Shown in pieces: positions 8,641 to 18,919 of a stretch of DNA of 64,000 nt. Location: NCBI GenBank assembly GCA_031385045.1, contig JANNBC010000052.1, forward strand, positions 1-64,000, read 5' to 3'. Each line of letters opens with the position of its first letter. Position 1 is the stretch's first letter. Source of the stretch: a bacterium (lineage in GTDB: Bacteria > Bdellovibrionota_C > UBA2361 > CALJRW01). Below the pieces are notes generated by a model. The model searched no databases and was not told where the DNA came from. It was given only the letters and a program-made list of their open reading frames with translations. The translations under genes were made by a program, and so were the position numbers.

Positions 8641-11082
8641 TTAAAAACCAAAATCTGCAAAAATATTTTTTAAAATCGATCTTGCCCTGTCAGTCGAAAG
8701 GTTTTCCTTTGCAAACTGACCAGAAGCTTTAGCGATACTCTCCCAGAGGTTTTGATCTGTATACAGACTAACTAATTGATCAGCAAAGGACTGCGCATCC
8801 TCCCCAATTAGTGTATTAAGATTATTAGTTAGGCCTATCCCTGTTGCGGCAATTGGCGAGACAACCATTGGTAATTGCCGACAAAGGCTAGCAATTACTT
8901 TGCCGTTTTGTCCAGCGCCATAACGCAAGGGAGCAATGCTAATTCTAAAATCATTAAAGATATCATCCAAATCACGAACATATCCACCAATCTCCACAGA
9001 ATCGCTAATATACTTATTAAAACGATCAGGAATCTTACTACCATAAACGTAAAACTTAACACCTACTAAGCGCGGAGACACTAATGGCCAAATTTCATCT
9101 AGGAAATAAGTTAAGGCATCGCCATTTGGTGGATGATTAAATCCACCAAGGAAGAAAATATTTTTTCTTTCGGCAAAAGCTTTTTTAAGTGGTTGGCACT
9201 CTTCCCAAAATGGTAATTGATAACAAGCAGTTTGAGGCAAGTATGATTTCACAATCTCCATCTCATGGGAGCCTAGCACAACTGTCGCAGTACACTTAAG
9301 CATCGCGGATAGTTCCTCTGCTTTTGAGATATCAGCAATTTGCCAGGCTGCGGGAGTATTCAATAACTCCGCTTCCTGATTTAAGCGATAATGATGCAGA
9401 TCATGGGTAATTAAAAGTGTTTTGGTTTTTGGCGCCATAAACTTAATATGATCAATAAATTTATTGGCAATATTATAACGCTGTAAAACTATTAGCTCTT
9501 GTTGATCCCAGGCAATAGGCAAATCTTTAACTTTTTGCTGACTAAACCAAGAACCATAAATGGCACGAACCCCCAACATTTGTAAATCTTTAGTGTATTG
9601 GCCTTGATGATTAACATCGCCCCCACTGATAAACGTAAGCTGATAAGATTCATTTAAAAGTTTGATCAAATTAAAAGAATATACCGAGCCAGCATCAGTA
9701 TCAGGTGTTGGCGTCAAATGATCAATGACGATAGCTTTTTTCTTAGCAAAACTTGGATATAAGTTTGAATGTTTCAGATAACCAAAATCTTGTGTTAAAA
9801 ACTTAGACCATTTAGCAAGAAATTTACCTTGGTTGATTACTTGATATGATTTAACTCCACTACTTGGATCTGTACCACAACTGATTCCTTCAAAATGGAT
9901 TACTTCGGCCTGAGGTTGATATAAGGTTTGGTAACCAGCCTGACGAATACTGAAAGCGAGATCCGTATCTTCGTAATAGGCTGGTGCAAATTGCAAATCA
10001 AAACCACCAACTTCCTGCCAAATTTTTTGGGGAACCATAATTGCTGCCCCCGAACAATAATCAACCGCGCGTGTGAAATTATAATCAGGATGATCCGCGG
10101 ATGAAAGTCTTCCACAATTTAGGCCTGAAGCATCACTCCAGATTAACCCGCCCGCTTCTTGCAATCGACAATCAGGATAAACAAGTTTTGCTCCTACCAA
10201 ACCAACATTTTGATGTACCGTAAATGTTTGCAGTAGCCGATCAAGCCAACCTGGTAAGGGGCAAGTATCATTATTTAAAAAGACTAAATACTCACCTCGA
10301 GCTAAAGTTGCCGCGTAGTTACAACTCTTTAAAAAGCCTAAATTATTCTCGTTACGGTAGTAGCGAAGGCCTGAAACGGAGGAAAGAACTTCCGAAGTAT
10401 TATCTGGTGAGCAATCATCAATAATAATTATTTCAAAGGTAACAGCAGGAGGAAACTTAGCGAGTGCTTTTAGGCAATTTAACGTATAGGAAAGTTGCCC
10501 ATAGACAGGAATAATTATAGAAACTTTTATATCTGAAAAAGCTTCGAATGAAAGATCTTTCGCTAAAGACTCTTTTGCTAAAACATCTTGTAGCATTCTT
10601 CGAATACGAAACTCTATTGGCTCAATATTATGAGGCACAATTGGATTTTCAAAGAACTCTCCACTATAATAATCTTGCATTAGTTGAGCTAAGCTTGGCT
10701 CGGAATTAGGATATTTATTTCTTAAGTAATACTGAACATCTAAAATTTCATGACAAACTCGGCCTTCCGCAAAACCATAATTAAGATAATGCTCTACTGG
10801 ATTTAAACCAGAGTTAGCAACATCTGGATTGGCCTTAAGATAAAAATGCGGATTAAAGAATAAATTTGGTCTAAGCTTCTGATCAAAGCCAACTTTCCAA
10901 AAGTGCTGAGTGGGAGATAGTCCTTGATCTAAAATTGAGAGATCGATGTTTTGATAAAAAAGCTCATCAATAAATTTGACTTGCGTAGCTTTGTTGATCA
11001 ATTTTTTAACTTGATCTGCCCTAAAATTTGAATCTGCCCCTAGCGATTTTAGAATGCGCTTTGCTAACCGATAAGATCCCAT
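8641..11082 (-). CDS. Bifunctional GT2-GT4 glycosyltransferase (paralog of 22647..25184)
   Basis: N-terminal FYLKANPDV..NPVEHY..G..EGR motif; GT2 (VSIIIPVY, DDCS, FLNND, YYEDTD); GT-B C-terminus (GGFNHPPN, APLRYGAG). Confidence 0.9.
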   Translation of the reverse strand: MGSYRLAKRILKSLGADSNFRADQVKKLINKATQVKFIDELFYQNIDLSILDQGLSPTQHFWKVGFDQKLRPNLFFNPHFYLKANPDVANSGLNPVEHYLNYGFAEGRVCHEILDVQYYLRNKYPNSEPSLAQLMQDYYSGEFFENPIVPHNIEPIEFRIRRMLQDVLAKESLAKDLSFEAFSDIKVSIIIPVYGQLSYTLNCLKALAKFPPAVTFEIIIIDDCSPDNTSEVLSSVSGLRYYRNENNLGFLKSCNYAATLARGEYLVFLNNDTCPLPGWLDRLLQTFTVHQNVGLVGAKLVYPDCRLQEAGGLIWSDASGLNCGRLSSADHPDYNFTRAVDYCSGAAIMVPQKIWQEVGGFDLQFAPAYYEDTDLAFSIRQAGYQTLYQPQAEVIHFEGISCGTDPSSGVKSYQVINQGKFLAKWSKFLTQDFGYLKHSNLYPSFAKKKAIVIDHLTPTPDTDAGSVYSFNLIKLLNESYQLTFISGGDVNHQGQYTKDLQMLGVRAIYGSWFSQQKVKDLPIAWDQQELIVLQRYNIANKFIDHIKFMAPKTKTLLITHDLHHYRLNQEAELLNTPAAWQIADISKAEELSAMLKCTATVVLGSHEMEIVKSYLPQTACYQLPFWEECQPLKKAFAERKNIFFLGGFNHPPNGDALTYFLDEIWPLVSPRLVGVKFYVYGSKIPDRFNKYISDSVEIGGYVRDLDDIFNDFRISIAPLRYGAGQNGKVIASLCRQLPMVVSPIAATGIGLTNNLNTLIGEDAQSFADQLVSLYTDQNLWESIAKASGQFAKENLSTDRARSILKNIFADFGF

Positions 11083-11184
11083 AGAAAATCACAAAAGATA
11101 GACAGATAATGAATTTAAACTTTTTAGAATACTTAGTATCTTAAACTAGATAGTACCTAAGATAACCTTAGGGGGCGAACAAAA

Positions 11185-11212
11185 ATACTAAAACCCAGCG
11201 AGTTTTAGTATA
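11185..11212. mobile_element. 28-bp internally deleted derivative of the 110-bp MITE-like element at 34168-34277
   Basis: ATACTAAAACCCAG is the exact reverse complement of 34263-34276; CGAGTTTTAGTATA matches the reverse complement of 34168-34181 at 13/14. Confidence 0.6.
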
Positions 11213-11406
11213 AACACTAAAAACTCTACAAATCAAATAATTAGACAAGAAGATACTGGTAGGATATCACCCCATAAATAGACAGCTTCACTGTTCGACT
11301 GAGAGTATCTTTACAACTCCTAAAGCTTGCTCAAGTAAAAAATTTAAGTTAGATTATTAGCTCTTTTCAGGCCAAGATAGCAAAATTTAGGCCTGCTTCT
11401 TCTGCT

Positions 11407-12186
11407 ATGTTCGAATTTCTCAAATCCATCTTTCTTTACCGTGATTATCTGATCCAATCAGTTATGAGAGATTTGCGAAAACGCTACAAGCGCTCCATCC
11501 TGGGTTATCTGTGGAGTATGCTAAATCCATTACTAATGATGATTGTCTTAACAGTTGTCTTCTCAAAGATGATGCGCTCCGAAGACATCGATCATTATGC
11601 CATTTTTCTCTTTGCTGGAATGATCCCTTGGACTTACTTTTCAAGTACTGTTTTAGCTTCCCTGCATGCTATTAAAGGAAATATTCAAATTATTTCCCAA
11701 ATCCCCGTACCAAAATATCTGTTTGTGCTTTCACTAGCTTTTTCTAATATGTACACTTTTGTGATTTCACTGGTACCACTAATTCTAATTAGCTTATTTA
11801 TGGGCCATCCAATTACTTGGCACTTTCTACTCTTTCCAATCTGCTTTATTCCATTATTCTTTATTACAATGGGAGTTTCACTTTGCTTAGCAGCACTAAA
11901 TGTCTTCTTTGAAGATACAGAACATTTAACAGGAGTAGTTATTCAAGCGATGTACTTTCTCTGTCCGATCCTTTACCCCATGACGATGCTTCCACCAGAG
12001 GTAGTCACTATCTTAGAGTTCAACCCAATGTTTTCAATGACTATTATCTTTAAAGATATTTTTTATAACAATCAGATTCCCGAAATGCACAACATCATCT
12101 ACACACTGGTATCTAGTGTGCTAGTTTTAATTGCTGGCTTAGTAATCTTTAACAAAGCCGATAAAAGAATGATTTATTTCACCTAA
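11407..12186 (+). CDS. wzm: Polysaccharide ABC exporter permease
   Basis: RDLRKRYKRSILGYLWSMLNPL, PILYP and NPM motifs of ABC-2 permeases; adjacent to the ATPase gene. Confidence 0.92.
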   Translation: MFEFLKSIFLYRDYLIQSVMRDLRKRYKRSILGYLWSMLNPLLMMIVLTVVFSKMMRSEDIDHYAIFLFAGMIPWTYFSSTVLASLHAIKGNIQIISQIPVPKYLFVLSLAFSNMYTFVISLVPLILISLFMGHPITWHFLLFPICFIPLFFITMGVSLCLAALNVFFEDTEHLTGVVIQAMYFLCPILYPMTMLPPEVVTILEFNPMFSMTIIFKDIFYNNQIPEMHNIIYTLVSSVLVLIAGLVIFNKADKRMIYFT

Positions 12187-12187
12187 C

Positions 12188-12967
12188 ATGAATACTAAAC
12201 CAATAGTTGAAATTAAAGATGTTCAAGTGAGTTATCGCTCTTATCAAGAACGGCCAACTTCACTAAAAGAAATGACTATTAAGTTTCTTCGAACTGGTAA
12301 GCTAAAGTATCACTCTTCATTTGAAGCCTTGAATAAAATTAGTTTTAAAATCAAACCAGGTGCTGTGTTTGGTATTCTAGGTAGCAATGGTGCTGGCAAA
12401 AGTACGCTCCTAAAAGTGATTGCGGGAGTACTTCCTCCAACTTCAGGTGAAGTTATTACCAATGGAAATCTTGATTGCTTAATTCAGCTGGGTGCAGGGT
12501 TTGATCCTGACTTAAATGCAATTGAGAATATTTATCTTTATGGCTCACTTCGCCGTCGCTCCGTAAAAGAATTAAAAACAAGAGTTGACAGTATTTTAGA
12601 GTTTGCGGAGCTAGGTGACTTTGCTCTAACACCAATCAAATATTATTCTTCTGGGATGTACGCTCGCTTAGGATTTGCCGTAGCAATTGATAGCGATCCA
12701 GACATTTTAATTGTGGATGAAGTCCTAGCAGTGGGCGATCAGCGTTTCAAAACTAAATGCGAACGTGTTTTTCTAGATCGAATTAAACGAGGCAAAACTA
12801 TCATTATGGTTAGTCATGATCTCGAATCGATTAGAAGGCTTTGTAGCGAGGCATTACTACTCTCTGCTGGGAATGTTGTCTTTCAAGGAGACCCAGAAAC
12901 TGCTGTTAATCTTTACTTAGGTAATCAATATCAAAGTCGACTACGAACAGAGCCGGGCAGTGCCTAA
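12188..12967 (+). CDS. wzt: Polysaccharide ABC exporter ATP-binding subunit, no C-terminal carbohydrate-binding domain
   Basis: GSNGAGKST, YSSGMYARLGF, DEVLAVGD, VSHD; only 259 aa. Confidence 0.93.
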   Translation: MNTKPIVEIKDVQVSYRSYQERPTSLKEMTIKFLRTGKLKYHSSFEALNKISFKIKPGAVFGILGSNGAGKSTLLKVIAGVLPPTSGEVITNGNLDCLIQLGAGFDPDLNAIENIYLYGSLRRRSVKELKTRVDSILEFAELGDFALTPIKYYSSGMYARLGFAVAIDSDPDILIVDEVLAVGDQRFKTKCERVFLDRIKRGKTIIMVSHDLESIRRLCSEALLLSAGNVVFQGDPETAVNLYLGNQYQSRLRTEPGSA

Positions 12968-13938
12968 GAAGATGCTTGGCGCATACCAGCACTCCGTACT
13001 TTCATAACTAGGCTGCTGGCAAAAAAAGCTAAGATAATAAAAATAATATTTACTGAGCGATCCAAGACCGAAGCTACTAAAACATCATGTGGGGTAATGC
13101 TAATAAAATTAGATGCCGCCATCATCATCGATTCTCTAATGCCAATTGCTCCAGGAGTAATAATTAAAATTGAAGACAATAAATTAAAAACAGACAAAAA
13201 AAGTGCGTCAAAGAAGCCTGGAATTTGACCTGTAACAGAAGTCATTCCTAGAAAAATTAATTCCGCATAAAGCATCAGAGAGATGATGCTCAAATTAAGG
13301 CAGCTATAAAAAAACAACCTTAATAAATTGACTGGCTTCTTACAAACCAAGTGCCAACCTTGATAGAAAGGAAAAAGGATCTTTCTAATAAACCTAATGC
13401 CAATCAGTTGATAAATCTTCTTACTAAAGAAGAGTGGAACCAAGACTAGCCCTAACATGCCACTTAAAGCTAAGGTTAATTGATAATCTTGAAATCCTGA
13501 TCTAAGAAATATCTGTAAACTAAATAAAAACATGGCTATTAGCGCAACTAACAAAACAACTAAAAGTTGTGCCATCATCGCAACCATAAAACGCGAGTAG
13601 GTAAATTGATAATTTTTTTTCAGATAAATACCACGCAGAGCTGCCCCACCTCTAAATGGCAGAAAATAATTACCAAAGGTAGTAAGTACGCTTAAGTAAA
13701 ATTGTTCGACTATTTTTAAATCAATATTAAAGCAACGCAACAGACTATTTGTGATCAAGCCATTCACTAGATAAAAAACAAAATTCATCAAAAACAAAAA
13801 TCCAAACTGACTGCCGGAAATCTCTTTTAAGGAATTAAAATTCTCAGAGTTATTTTTAAAGTATAATGCAAAGCCAATCAAAAACATGACTAGCAATCCA
13901 TACTTTAGAATTAAAAAAACACGTCCCTTATCCATCAC
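12964..13938 (-). CDS. Lysylphosphatidylglycerol-synthase-TM / UPF0104 flippase-like membrane protein
   Basis: GNYFLPFRGG..LR and ITPGAIGIRE..DR motifs; about 8 TM segments. Confidence 0.8.
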   Translation of the reverse strand: MMDKGRVFLILKYGLLVMFLIGFALYFKNNSENFNSLKEISGSQFGFLFLMNFVFYLVNGLITNSLLRCFNIDLKIVEQFYLSVLTTFGNYFLPFRGGAALRGIYLKKNYQFTYSRFMVAMMAQLLVVLLVALIAMFLFSLQIFLRSGFQDYQLTLALSGMLGLVLVPLFFSKKIYQLIGIRFIRKILFPFYQGWHLVCKKPVNLLRLFFYSCLNLSIISLMLYAELIFLGMTSVTGQIPGFFDALFLSVFNLLSSILIITPGAIGIRESMMMAASNFISITPHDVLVASVLDRSVNIIFIILAFFASSLVMKVRSAGMRQASS

Positions 13939-15058
13939 CTAATAAACTCTCTTTAAAAACTGTTTCATTTCTTTTAATGATTTGATTCCAACCATAGTTT
14001 TCTTTTACTTTTTTAGCGATAGTTGCCTTACAGCCTGGCAAATCTTTAGCTAACCATTGATCAATCGCTTCGACAAAGGCCGGCATGTTTTCTGGAGTAA
14101 CAAGACTACCAGTAACGCCGACGATAATTGAATCTGGGATGCCATCTAAATCCGAAGCAATCACTGGTAAGCCAGCTAGTCCAGCTTCAATATTAACTAG
14201 TCCAAAGCCTTCGCGATCGTGTGGACAAGAAACATTCGGCATGATTGATAAGTCGGCAAAGGAAAGTAGACTATTTAAATCATCAGCTGTTACTTTGCCT
14301 AACCAAAAAACTCGTTCTTGCAGAGAATGTTGAACAATTAAGGCCTGTAATTGTTCCGCAAAATTTATTTTTCGAAGGCCAATAAAGCTACGAAAGTCGT
14401 TAATATCAGAGCCATCAGGACCAACTATAATATAAATATGTCGATCATCTAAAAAAGGCATAACATTTTCAACAAACCAAAGTTGCCCCTTTCGAAAAGA
14501 AAGACGTCCAACTGTAATTAAAATCTTTCGTCCCTCTAGTTTCAACTGATACTTGGCAGCAAAGTTTCGCTTAGCTAGCTCTAGATCTTTGGGTTGAACA
14601 TATTTCTCAGGATCAATTCCACATGGAATAATAGTAATTTTTTCTGGATTTACCCCAACGGCAATTGCATCCTGATAAGTACACTGACTAATTGCAATAA
14701 TTGAATCAATTTTTCTAATCCAAGGAACAATTATTTTTTGATAAAAGAATTTTTTAAAAACTAAATCTTTACCATAGACAGTCATCACAGTCTTGCGACC
14801 AAAAAGACTTTTCAATAAACAACCAAGAGGAGCTAGCACACCATCTCCTACATAAATAACATCAATCTGCCGATCCTTAATCAAATGAAATGAAGCTTCA
14901 AAAAAAAATTTAACTAAAATAAATGGTAGCCATTTTTGAGAAGCGCCATAACTTAGCACAGTTTTAGCACCCTGATAATTTGTAATTAAATCATATAAGT
15001 AATTTTCCATACCACCAGTTGCTGGTGGAAATTTTCTGGTGATAAAAAGAATCTTCAT
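13928..15058 (-). CDS. GT4 family glycosyltransferase
   Basis: RKFPPATGGME, VGRLSFRKG, EGFGLVNIEA (EX7E). Confidence 0.92.
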   Translation of the reverse strand: MKILFITRKFPPATGGMENYLYDLITNYQGAKTVLSYGASQKWLPFILVKFFFEASFHLIKDRQIDVIYVGDGVLAPLGCLLKSLFGRKTVMTVYGKDLVFKKFFYQKIIVPWIRKIDSIIAISQCTYQDAIAVGVNPEKITIIPCGIDPEKYVQPKDLELAKRNFAAKYQLKLEGRKILITVGRLSFRKGQLWFVENVMPFLDDRHIYIIVGPDGSDINDFRSFIGLRKINFAEQLQALIVQHSLQERVFWLGKVTADDLNSLLSFADLSIMPNVSCPHDREGFGLVNIEAGLAGLPVIASDLDGIPDSIIVGVTGSLVTPENMPAFVEAIDQWLAKDLPGCKATIAKKVKENYGWNQIIKRNETVFKESLLGDG

Positions 15059-16041
15059 TGTAGCAAATTTTTACTGAGAATGGATTGTTCTAACTCTAAA
15101 CGACGAATTTTAGTTAGAGAACGGTTAATCATAATTCGGTTAATTGCTAATAAATCCCCTAAAACACCAATCAAAATCATCAAAAAACCTAAAATCAAAC
15201 AGACTCCGCTAGCAATAATTGATTGCAAATGTCCATCTGACCCACCCTCAATAAAAAGAAAAAAGAAGAGATATCGTGACAATAAAAGAATGCCCGGGAT
15301 TAAGAAAAATAAACTAATCAGAAGGAAAGTTTTAAAAGGTTGATAGGCTGTGGAGAGGCGGATTAGTGTTGCTCCAGACAATCTAACTTTACTAAATAAG
15401 TTAGCAATTAAACGAGATTCTCTAGTTTTTAAGTTGGTATGAATTGGATGCCATTCTATCACTAAACCATGCTGCAATGCCTGTACTAAAGTATCCACTG
15501 TGTAAGTGTAATTTGTCACAATATTAATCTGTAATAATGACTCGCGTGAATATGCTCGAAAGCCTGAGACGGCATCACGAATTTCACAATTCGTTACTAA
15601 TTCCACAGCTTTATTTCCAAACCACTGTAAAAACTTCTTAGTGGGTGAGAATTCTTGAATTGTCGCAGGAGAACGATCTCCAATTACAATATCGGCTTTC
15701 CCTGCTAAAATTGGTTGTACTAAATTAGCAATTTCATCTGAGGGATATTGATTATCTCCATCAGTATTAACTACGATATCAGCTCCCTGACGTAAGGCAT
15801 TTTCGATTCCCTGACGAAACGCTCTACCTAGCCAACGACGATTTTTTCCTTTAATAGAAACAATATGGTGCACGCCCAGTGCCTTAGCAACTTCAACCGT
15901 TCGATCTGTCGAACCATCATCGATAAGTTGATACTCTAAGCAATCAATACCAGGAATTGAACGAGGCATTTTTTCAAAAACTAAGGGCAAGGTAAGTTCT
16001 TCGTTATAGCAAGGAATTTGAATAATTAATTTCATAGGCAT
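15055..16041 (-). CDS. GT2 polyprenyl-phosphate glycosyltransferase (DPM1-like) with C-terminal TM helices
   Basis: IQIPCYNEE, DDGSTD, NTDGDNQY, DAVSGFRAYSRE. Confidence 0.9.
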   Translation of the reverse strand: MPMKLIIQIPCYNEELTLPLVFEKMPRSIPGIDCLEYQLIDDGSTDRTVEVAKALGVHHIVSIKGKNRRWLGRAFRQGIENALRQGADIVVNTDGDNQYPSDEIANLVQPILAGKADIVIGDRSPATIQEFSPTKKFLQWFGNKAVELVTNCEIRDAVSGFRAYSRESLLQINIVTNYTYTVDTLVQALQHGLVIEWHPIHTNLKTRESRLIANLFSKVRLSGATLIRLSTAYQPFKTFLLISLFFLIPGILLLSRYLFFFLFIEGGSDGHLQSIIASGVCLILGFLMILIGVLGDLLAINRIMINRSLTKIRRLELEQSILSKNLLQ

Positions 16042-16164
16042 CTAAAAGAATTTTGCCGTAATAACCTACCGCTTAATTTCTAAAGGAAAATCATTTCTTG
16101 GTACCGGCTATAATAATACTAGGTGATTTTCTGTTTTCCGTAAAACAAAAATTAACTCCATATT

Positions 16165-18777
16165 CTACTTAGAATAGCTTTTAAATTCTAATTGCCGGAT
16201 CTGCTCTTCTGCTCGTTCCAGAGCCTGCTTCTTTAAGTCAAGTAAATCATATAGGTTATGAATTTTTCTAATTGCCCCCTCATATTCCCCCTGAAAATTC
16301 CAAGCACTTTGTAGAACAGATTGAAAGCGAATCTTTTCAAAGACCGGTAAATTATCTAGTTCTTTGGCTGTCAATAAGTCCCCAGTAAAGGTTCGAACTG
16401 AATGACTATGGCTATTTTTTCGAATTCGATAGCTAGCTGTAGAAACTGGAACTATTCCTATTTTTAAATTAGCACAGAGGATCTTAGCATAAAGTCGAAA
16501 ATCATCCCCTGACTCTTTGTGATTACCAGTCCATCCGCCTAGTTCCCGGATAACATCCACTTTAACTATTCCCATTGCGGCACCTAGACGATTTAATCTC
16601 AAATTAGCGACAATTCCATCTCCATAGGAAATAAATGAATCAAAAATATTTTCTACTTGCAGCGGATCTTCAATTTTAATTAAGGAATAAAACCCTAGAG
16701 AAGCTACTGCTTGAGGATTGACTTCCATCGCTTCATAAAGGCTAAGCAAAAAATTTGGATAAGGAATGTCATCAGAATCAATATTAACTAAATACTTTGT
16801 CTGGCAGAGATCTAAAGCAGTATTTCGAGCACCTGCACATCCTAAATTTTTCGGTGTCTGGACTAACTGAAACGGAATCCTAATTTTCTGATTACAAAAA
16901 GACTCTAACCTCTGATAATAGTCGTCACTAGAACAATCATCTACTAAAATTATTTTTGCTGGTTTAAATACTAATAGATCTAATGCTGCAAAAAGTTCTT
17001 CTAAATATTGAAAGTCTGTTTCAAAAATAGGAATCATTAGAGTGATATCCTCAGAGTTAAACTTAATTTGGGGGCAAACTTTTGTCGGTAAATTATTACT
17101 TATTTGAGACCAAGTTAAATTTACTTTAGCTTGCATTTCTCTGTAGGCAGACTTCATGGCAACTACTTTGTTTGCAAGTTGCAAAGGATCCATCAGCATT
17201 AATTTTTCAGCTTGTCGCAATAATTCTTGTCGATTTGGGGCAGACCCAAAATCATTATGAAATTGGGACAAAAGAACCTCAGTAAATCCACCACTTAAAT
17301 AACAAACAAAGGGGATTTCTACCGAGATAGCTTCGGAAATTACATTACCGAAATTTTCTTGGGGATTAGGAAAAAGTAATAAAGAATCTGGAGCAAGAAA
17401 GGTTAAGAGATTCTTAGCATCTCGAGATGAAAGGCTATACTCGGTAACTTGGACTAAGGACTTTAGCTCCTCTAACTGCTCCAAACAAATATCAGATTCT
17501 GGTCCAATAAAAATTATTTCTTTAATTTTAGGATTAGTTTCTACAATTTTTTTTGCGACATGTAGAAAATCAGGATAACCTTTCATCCCAATCCGCTTTC
17601 CAAAAAATACTAATCGACTAATTTCTTTCCGAGGCTCATTAACAATTTCAGGGAAATGAAAGGGATGCCGCAAAACCTGAAGTCTTTGATCGGCAATAGC
17701 AAAACCATTACTTATTGTTAAATCCGCAATAAACTTTGTCGGTGCAATAATAATATCAGCTAATTCAGAAGCGATTTTCTCTTGAGCAACTTCTAGCTCA
17801 TCAATAAAATAAGACCAAACTCCAGAAGCATTTTCGACATACTGATGATTGCCATTTAAGGAGCAGATAGTATTAATTCTCGCTGGCAATTCAGAAGTCT
17901 TACATGCCTGAGCAAGACGAAAGCCAATACCAGTGTAATCATGGTAATGGAGAAAACGAAGCTTGCTACAAAATGCTGTTAAAATTCGAATAATCAGCAA
18001 TGCTAAATCTGGCTCTTTCACCTTGGCCAGCTCTTCTGCAGTAAAAAATAATTCTGGAGTAATGATTTTTAAAGCACTAGCTTGATCCGTATTTTGTAAA
18101 TAAACTACAGCAACTTCTGAGGGATTAACTAGATATCGATTATAAAAAAACATACCGATCCCTCCTGTTTGATGTGCAGGGGCATACTCTTTTGTAACAA
18201 TAACTGTCTTAATTTCAACAGGTGAGAATTCAAAACCAAAAAGTTCTCTAGCGATTTGCTGTTCATATTTAGCATCATAGGACACCATTAATCCCAATTG
18301 ATGCTCTGTAGTTTTTAGTCCAAGAATTCTAAAAAAGCCTTTCACCTGATCCACACTCCACTGACGATAAACACAGTTAGGAGAAAATTCTGAGGGGAAA
18401 AGATAAAGTACCTGTGAACTAGGAGAGTTAACTAAAAAATCTTTGAGCGTTCCCGCCAGTTTTAAAGGATTTTGAGCTGATTCTAATGCTAAATGCAGTA
18501 CAAATAGATTAGATTGACTGTAATTTAAGTCTTGAATAAAACTGGCGATTGAAGCAAATGAATCAAAATAAAGCGGATTTTTAGAATTTAGATCAAAATG
18601 TGGAAAGGAATTGGTAATTTCAAAACTTCCTAGGAGCAAAATCTGAGCAAAATCTAAATTTGAATGTAGGAATTTTGCTGCGGAATACTTTGGCCGATCC
18701 ACCAATTTAGGAAGAAGATTATACCTCGTAAAATCAGCACAATAGTTTCTTATTTCTGATATATCACCAAGACCCAT
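16165..18777 (-). CDS. Bifunctional GT4-GT2 glycosyltransferase with C-terminal coiled coil
   Basis: GT-B (TKEY..TGGIG, GKRIGMKG, ENFGNVISEA) then GT-A (VDDCS, NLGCAGARN, IDSDD); heptad-like tail. Confidence 0.85.
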   Translation of the reverse strand: MGLGDISEIRNYCADFTRYNLLPKLVDRPKYSAAKFLHSNLDFAQILLLGSFEITNSFPHFDLNSKNPLYFDSFASIASFIQDLNYSQSNLFVLHLALESAQNPLKLAGTLKDFLVNSPSSQVLYLFPSEFSPNCVYRQWSVDQVKGFFRILGLKTTEHQLGLMVSYDAKYEQQIARELFGFEFSPVEIKTVIVTKEYAPAHQTGGIGMFFYNRYLVNPSEVAVVYLQNTDQASALKIITPELFFTAEELAKVKEPDLALLIIRILTAFCSKLRFLHYHDYTGIGFRLAQACKTSELPARINTICSLNGNHQYVENASGVWSYFIDELEVAQEKIASELADIIIAPTKFIADLTISNGFAIADQRLQVLRHPFHFPEIVNEPRKEISRLVFFGKRIGMKGYPDFLHVAKKIVETNPKIKEIIFIGPESDICLEQLEELKSLVQVTEYSLSSRDAKNLLTFLAPDSLLLFPNPQENFGNVISEAISVEIPFVCYLSGGFTEVLLSQFHNDFGSAPNRQELLRQAEKLMLMDPLQLANKVVAMKSAYREMQAKVNLTWSQISNNLPTKVCPQIKFNSEDITLMIPIFETDFQYLEELFAALDLLVFKPAKIILVDDCSSDDYYQRLESFCNQKIRIPFQLVQTPKNLGCAGARNTALDLCQTKYLVNIDSDDIPYPNFLLSLYEAMEVNPQAVASLGFYSLIKIEDPLQVENIFDSFISYGDGIVANLRLNRLGAAMGIVKVDVIRELGGWTGNHKESGDDFRLYAKILCANLKIGIVPVSTASYRIRKNSHSHSVRTFTGDLLTAKELDNLPVFEKIRFQSVLQSAWNFQGEYEGAIRKIHNLYDLLDLKKQALERAEEQIRQLEFKSYSK

Positions 18778-18919
18778 AAAATTTACATAAACGCGACTTG
18801 GGATTTACCCAAAAACTTAAAATTGATTAATAGGAACTAGTATATACTATCGGCCCATAATTTGTCCAAAAAACTTACCCTAAATGTTAAAGATAGACGT
18901 ATCTGGCTAATTTGATATT

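Noticed and set aside
16066..16072. GCGGTAG on the minus strand upstream of the GT2 at 16041
   Set aside because: Only a 7-nt match with non-matching flanks; no RfaH-like gene in view.
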